The position numbers and the translations under genes are program-made. From NCBI RefSeq assembly GCF_000018785.1, contig NC_010163.1, positions 1,050,001 through 1,082,000 of the forward strand: a stretch of 32,000 nucleotides of DNA, written 5' to 3'. This DNA is from Acholeplasma laidlawii PG-8A (GTDB taxonomy: Bacteria > Bacillota_I > Bacilli_A > Acholeplasmatales > Acholeplasmataceae). This document shows positions 28,466 through 32,000 of the stretch, piece after piece. Positions within the stretch are counted from its first letter, which is position 1, and every line of letters starts with the position of its first letter. The notes under the pieces were generated by a model that was given only the letters and a program-made list of their open reading frames with translations, did no database searches and was not told the DNA's origin.

Positions 28466-29086
28466 TTAATTCCCCTCAAAAAATTCCATAGTTGCAGAAT
28501 TATTTGAATTAATGTCTTTTCTTCTAATCACCTTAAATGCGGTTAATATTATGATCTTTATATCACCAATAAAGGTTATCTTTTCAACATATTTAACATC
28601 AAATTTAAATTTCTCATCCCAAGAGATAGCATTTCTACCATTTACTTGAGCTAGTCCAGTTAAACCCGGTCTAACTAAATGTCTTTTCTTTTGTTCTTCA
28701 TTATAAAGTGGTAAATATTGTACTAATAAAGGTCTTGGTCCTACTATACTCATATGCCCTTTAAGTATATTAAATAAGCCCGGTAACTCATCTAAGGATG
28801 TTGATCTTAAGAACTTACCAAACTTAGTTAGACGTACTTCATCAGGTAGTAGTTTCCCATCTTTATCTTTAGCAGATGTCATCGTTCTAAACTTATAAAG
28901 TTTAAATATTTTCTCGTTCTTACCAGGACGATTTTGTGTAAATAATACTGGTCCACCCAGTTTTATTCTTACCAAAATCGCTACAATTATGATTACTGGT
29001 AAGAGTACAATAATAGCAATTAAGCTTAATATAAAATCCATTGGTCTTTTTATGATAAGTTCATAAAAAGTTTTACGTCGTTTCAT
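28466..29086 (-). CDS. Undecaprenyl-phosphate sugar phosphotransferase, PglC/EpsL-like initiating enzyme
   Basis: RPMDFILSLIAIIVLLPV, GGPVLFTQNRPGKNEKIFKLYKFRTM, STSLDELPGLFNILKGHMSIVGPRPLL, RPGLTGLAQVNGRN. Confidence 0.93.
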   Translation of the reverse strand: MKRRKTFYELIIKRPMDFILSLIAIIVLLPVIIIVAILVRIKLGGPVLFTQNRPGKNEKIFKLYKFRTMTSAKDKDGKLLPDEVRLTKFGKFLRSTSLDELPGLFNILKGHMSIVGPRPLLVQYLPLYNEEQKKRHLVRPGLTGLAQVNGRNAISWDEKFKFDVKYVEKITFIGDIKIIILTAFKVIRRKDINSNNSATMEFFEGN

Positions 29087-30204
29087 TTAAATAAACCTCT
29101 AATAACATCAATTACACGTTGTTGTTGCTCTTTTGTCATTTTAGTATCACTTGGTAAACATAAACCTGTATTAAATAGTTTTTCAGAAACATCTGTTCCA
29201 ATATAATCAAACTTTTCATAAAAAGGTTGTAAGTGCATAGGTTTCCATAATGGTCTTGCTTCTATATTTTCATTTTCTAAGGCTACTATGACATCTATAG
29301 GTGTAATAGCGCCCTTAATGGTCATACTAGATAACCAGCAGTTAGAAAATCCAAAATCGTTTAATGGCATCATTTCAATTTCTTTAATATCTTTAAAGGC
29401 TTCTTTATACATAAAGTAGATTTCACGTTTTTTCAAGACTCTTTCATTAAGTACTTTAAGTTGTCCTCTACCAATTCCAGCTACTACATTACTCATACGG
29501 TAGTTAAAACCTATATCACTATGTTGATAGTGTCTAGCCTTATCTCTAGCTTGAGTAGCCCAGAATCTTACCTTTTGTACTCTTTCTTCGTAGTTTGATA
29601 CTAGCATACCACCACCAGAAGTTGTAATAATTTTATTACCATTAAAGCTAAAGATACCATAATCACCAAAAGTACCAGTATATTTGCCCTTATAAGTAGT
29701 TCCTAATGATTCAGCAGCATCTTCAATAAGTGCTACATTATACTTTTTACAGATACTCACCAATTCATCCATTTTTGCAGGTAATCCATATAAATGTACA
29801 ACCACTACTGCTTTAGCATTTGGATACTTAATTAAAGCCTCTTCTAAGTGTTTTGGACTCATGTTCCATGAATCCATATCACTGTCTATAAAGACTGGTA
29901 TTGCACGTTCATACATAATAGGGTTTGCTGATGCTGAAAAGGTCAGTGACTGACATAATACGATGTCACCATCTTTAACACCCGCCGCCTTTAGTGCAAG
30001 GTGTATTGCAGAAGTACCAGAAACAAGCGCTGCTGCATGATTTATACCTACTAAAGTAGCGAGTTCTTTTTCAAAATTATCAACGTTAGGACCAAGTGGT
30101 GCAATCCAATTTGTTTTAAATGCCTCATTTACAAATTCTTGTTCATAACCTTCTTTACTCATATGAGGTGAAGCTAGTAATATTTTTTCTTTCATGTTTT
30201 TCAT
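29083..30204 (-). CDS. DegT/DnrJ/EryC1/StrS family PLP-dependent sugar aminotransferase (PglE/EpsN-like)
   Basis: HAAALVSGTSAIHLALKAAG, EDAAESLGTTYKGKYTGTFGDYGIFSFNGNKIITTSGGGMLV. Confidence 0.93.
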   Translation of the reverse strand: MKNMKEKILLASPHMSKEGYEQEFVNEAFKTNWIAPLGPNVDNFEKELATLVGINHAAALVSGTSAIHLALKAAGVKDGDIVLCQSLTFSASANPIMYERAIPVFIDSDMDSWNMSPKHLEEALIKYPNAKAVVVVHLYGLPAKMDELVSICKKYNVALIEDAAESLGTTYKGKYTGTFGDYGIFSFNGNKIITTSGGGMLVSNYEERVQKVRFWATQARDKARHYQHSDIGFNYRMSNVVAGIGRGQLKVLNERVLKKREIYFMYKEAFKDIKEIEMMPLNDFGFSNCWLSSMTIKGAITPIDVIVALENENIEARPLWKPMHLQPFYEKFDYIGTDVSEKLFNTGLCLPSDTKMTKEQQQRVIDVIRGLFK

Positions 30205-30212
30205 CCTTTTGA

Positions 30213-30833
30213 TTAGATATCAAAGTATTTTATTATTTTATTTTTATCATACCCAGTGCTTACTAGGTTCATATATATTATTTCATTATTTGCATAACTT
30301 GATATTAATATCGCATCATGTTTATAATCTAGAGCCTCTTTAAATGAAATAATTTGTTTATTAACTAAGTATTTTTGCTGTTTTTTTAGATTATCATCAA
30401 TGACCGCTAATACATTAATTGGTGTGTTTTTAGAAGTAATAGTCTGAAGTAATATTTCAGCAACTTCTCCTGCTCCATAGAGTAAAATATCTTTATAACC
30501 TTTATTAGAAAGGTTATAAAGAAATGCGTCAATGTTTTCTTTTGCAGAATCATATATTGTTTGTGCATTATCTAAATATCCAATATTCAAAAACTTTCTT
30601 CGTTCAATACCTTTTTTTGTAATATGATACCTTACTGTTTTAGTTGAGATATGCTCTTTTTCTAACAAACCTTCTTTTTCATACATATCAATGTATGTAT
30701 TAACCATAGAAACAGCAATGTTAATTGCTGTTGAGATTTCTCTTTGAGTAATATTAGGATCTTTTTCTATTAAGTTTAAAATCATGTACTCTTTATAGAT
30801 TATAGTTGGTTTAAAGAAGTTTTTAGCAATCAC
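30213..30833 (-). CDS. Winged-helix DNA-binding domain fused to a WbpM/PglF-N-terminal-like nucleotide-binding domain
   Basis: IEKDPNITQREISTAINIAVSMVNTYIDMYEKEGLLEK wHTH, then GYKDILLYGAGEVAEILLQTI...NVLAVIDDNLKKQQKYLVNKQIISFKEAL. GTG start, AGGGGAG RBS. Confidence 0.75.
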   Translation of the reverse strand: MIAKNFFKPTIIYKEYMILNLIEKDPNITQREISTAINIAVSMVNTYIDMYEKEGLLEKEHISTKTVRYHITKKGIERRKFLNIGYLDNAQTIYDSAKENIDAFLYNLSNKGYKDILLYGAGEVAEILLQTITSKNTPINVLAVIDDNLKKQQKYLVNKQIISFKEALDYKHDAILISSYANNEIIYMNLVSTGYDKNKIIKYFDI

Positions 30834-30873
30834 TACAACATCTCCCCTTATTGTTCGTTTATTGAATAATTTA

Positions 30874-30902
30874 ATTGTATACTATTTGTATGAATTATTC
30901 AA
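30874..30902 (-). promoter_or_regulatory. Promoter of the polysaccharide operon
   Basis: Minus strand TTGAAT - 17 nt - TACAAT, about 40 nt upstream of the GTG start of 30213..30833. Confidence 0.6.
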
Positions 30903-31185
30903 GCACTTTAGAACAATATCTTAGGATGGTAAAGATTTTAATATTATTGCAATCTAAATTTATAACTAGTATTTCCACATGTAAGATGATTATTCAAGAG
31001 ATAACTTTATTTTCACCCGAAAAAAATTATTTTTTTAACATTACAATAATTTCAAATATACCCTCATCACATTTTATATTATAAATCACCCTTTAACAAG
31101 CACTTCATTATTAAAATATTTTCACCAAATATTAAGATTATTCCGTTCTTTATAAACACCTTTAGACCATTTTTGTAGACTCAAT

Positions 31186-31212
31186 CAAAAAGACAACCTA
31201 AAAAGGTTGTCT
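31186..31212 (-). terminator. Terminator after galE
   Basis: Minus strand AGACAACCT-TTTT-AGGTTGTCT followed by TTTTTG. Confidence 0.8.
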
Positions 31213-31302
31213 AATTTTAATAATATTTCGTTTTTCATACTTATCCATTTAATCAATTAATCATATCCCCATATGATTATTTGTATCCATTGCAAATTAG
31301 AT

Positions 31303-32000
31303 TTATCTTAAATTCTTTTCAAATACCCAAGCATCTTTAACCATATCTTCAAGAGTCAACTTTGTTCCCCAATGAAGTTCTTTCTTCGCTTTAGATGCAT
31401 CTGCATAAACAGTAGCAAGATCCCCTGGTCTTCTTTCTACTATATCATAAGGTATTTTAATACCATTTACTCTTTCAAAGGTATGAATCAGTTCTAAAAC
31501 ACTTGTACCTACACCTGAACCTAAATTATATATATTAAAATTACTTTTAGCATTCATTAATGCAGCAATATGTCCTTTAGCTAAATCAACTACATGGATA
31601 TAGTCTCTAACACCTGTACCATCAACTGTATCGTAGTCATTACCAAAAACAAATAACTTTTCTCTTATGCCTTTTGCTACTTGAGTAACATAAGGCATAA
31701 GGTTATTCGGTATGCCTTGTGGCTTTTCACCAATTAAACCTGACTTATGTGCTCCAATAGGATTAAAGTATCTAAGTAACGTTATGTTCATATCTTTGTT
31801 ATTACGAGAAAAATCTTTTAAGATACGTTCACTCATCTTCTTTGTCTCACCATATGGATTAGTAGTTACCTTTAATTCCATTAGCTCATGTAATGGTGAT
31901 ACTTGATCACCATATACAGTAGCAGATGATGAAAAGATAAAGTGTTTCACTTTATACTTTTCTGATAATGATGCTAGTGTCATGGTCGTATTTAAATTAT
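31303..32000 (-). CDS. galE: UDP-glucose 4-epimerase, C-terminal part (N-terminus beyond the window)
   Basis: HFIFSSSATVYGD, PYGETKKMSERILKDF, LRYFNPIGAHKSGLIGE, YDTVDGTGVRDYIHVVDLAKGH; the frame stays open to the window end. Confidence 0.95.
   Translation of the reverse strand, partial: NLNTTMTLASLSEKYKVKHFIFSSSATVYGDQVSPLHELMELKVTTNPYGETKKMSERILKDFSRNNKDMNITLLRYFNPIGAHKSGLIGEKPQGIPNNLMPYVTQVAKGIREKLFVFGNDYDTVDGTGVRDYIHVVDLAKGHIAALMNAKSNFNIYNLGSGVGTSVLELIHTFERVNGIKIPYDIVERRPGDLATVYADASKAKKELHWGTKLTLEDMVKDAWVFEKNLR

Noticed and set aside
30875-31084. 69-aa plus-strand ORF in the region upstream of the polysaccharide operon
   Set aside because: Overlaps the operon promoter, has no RBS and shows no family features.
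1-32000. CRISPR arrays, tRNA/rRNA genes, transposases or prophage genes
   Set aside because: No regularly spaced repeats, tRNA-like cloverleafs or recombinase/transposase motifs recognised by eye; tRNAscan and an ISfinder search would be needed for certainty.

Overview
AT-rich 32 kb window with standard stop-codon usage: long conserved proteins stay open without UGA=Trp. It resembles a wall-less firmicute/mollicute of the Acholeplasma type (inference). The left part (about 1-13.6 kb) holds housekeeping and accessory genes: a partial flavoprotein, a Ktr/Trk-type K+ uptake pair, a TIGR02206/YwaF-like membrane protein, L-lactate dehydrogenase, and a small unknown protein preceded by a SAM-I-type riboswitch with an intrinsic terminator. 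It continues with two overlapping Rgg/PlcR-like HTH regulators, a large secreted protein with a poly-Gly tail, an SGNH/GDSL hydrolase, an unusual HprK/PEPCK-like P-loop protein and NADH oxidase. The right part (13.8-30.8 kb) is one long minus-strand, Wzx/Wzy-type polysaccharide operon. It carries UDP-L-FucNAc-type genes (capE/F/G-like), a second UDP-GlcNAc 2-epimerase, an ATP-grasp plus HAD pair, a PglC-like initiating transferase, a DegT aminotransferase and terminal glmM-glmU. Its first gene encodes a winged-helix domain fused to a WbpM/PglF-N-terminal-like Rossmann domain. A partial galE lies at the right edge. The best leads are the riboswitch/unknown-protein pair, the HTH-Rossmann fusion as a candidate operon sensor, the ATP-grasp/HAD pair, and the secreted-protein/regulator region with its 19-bp inverted repeat.
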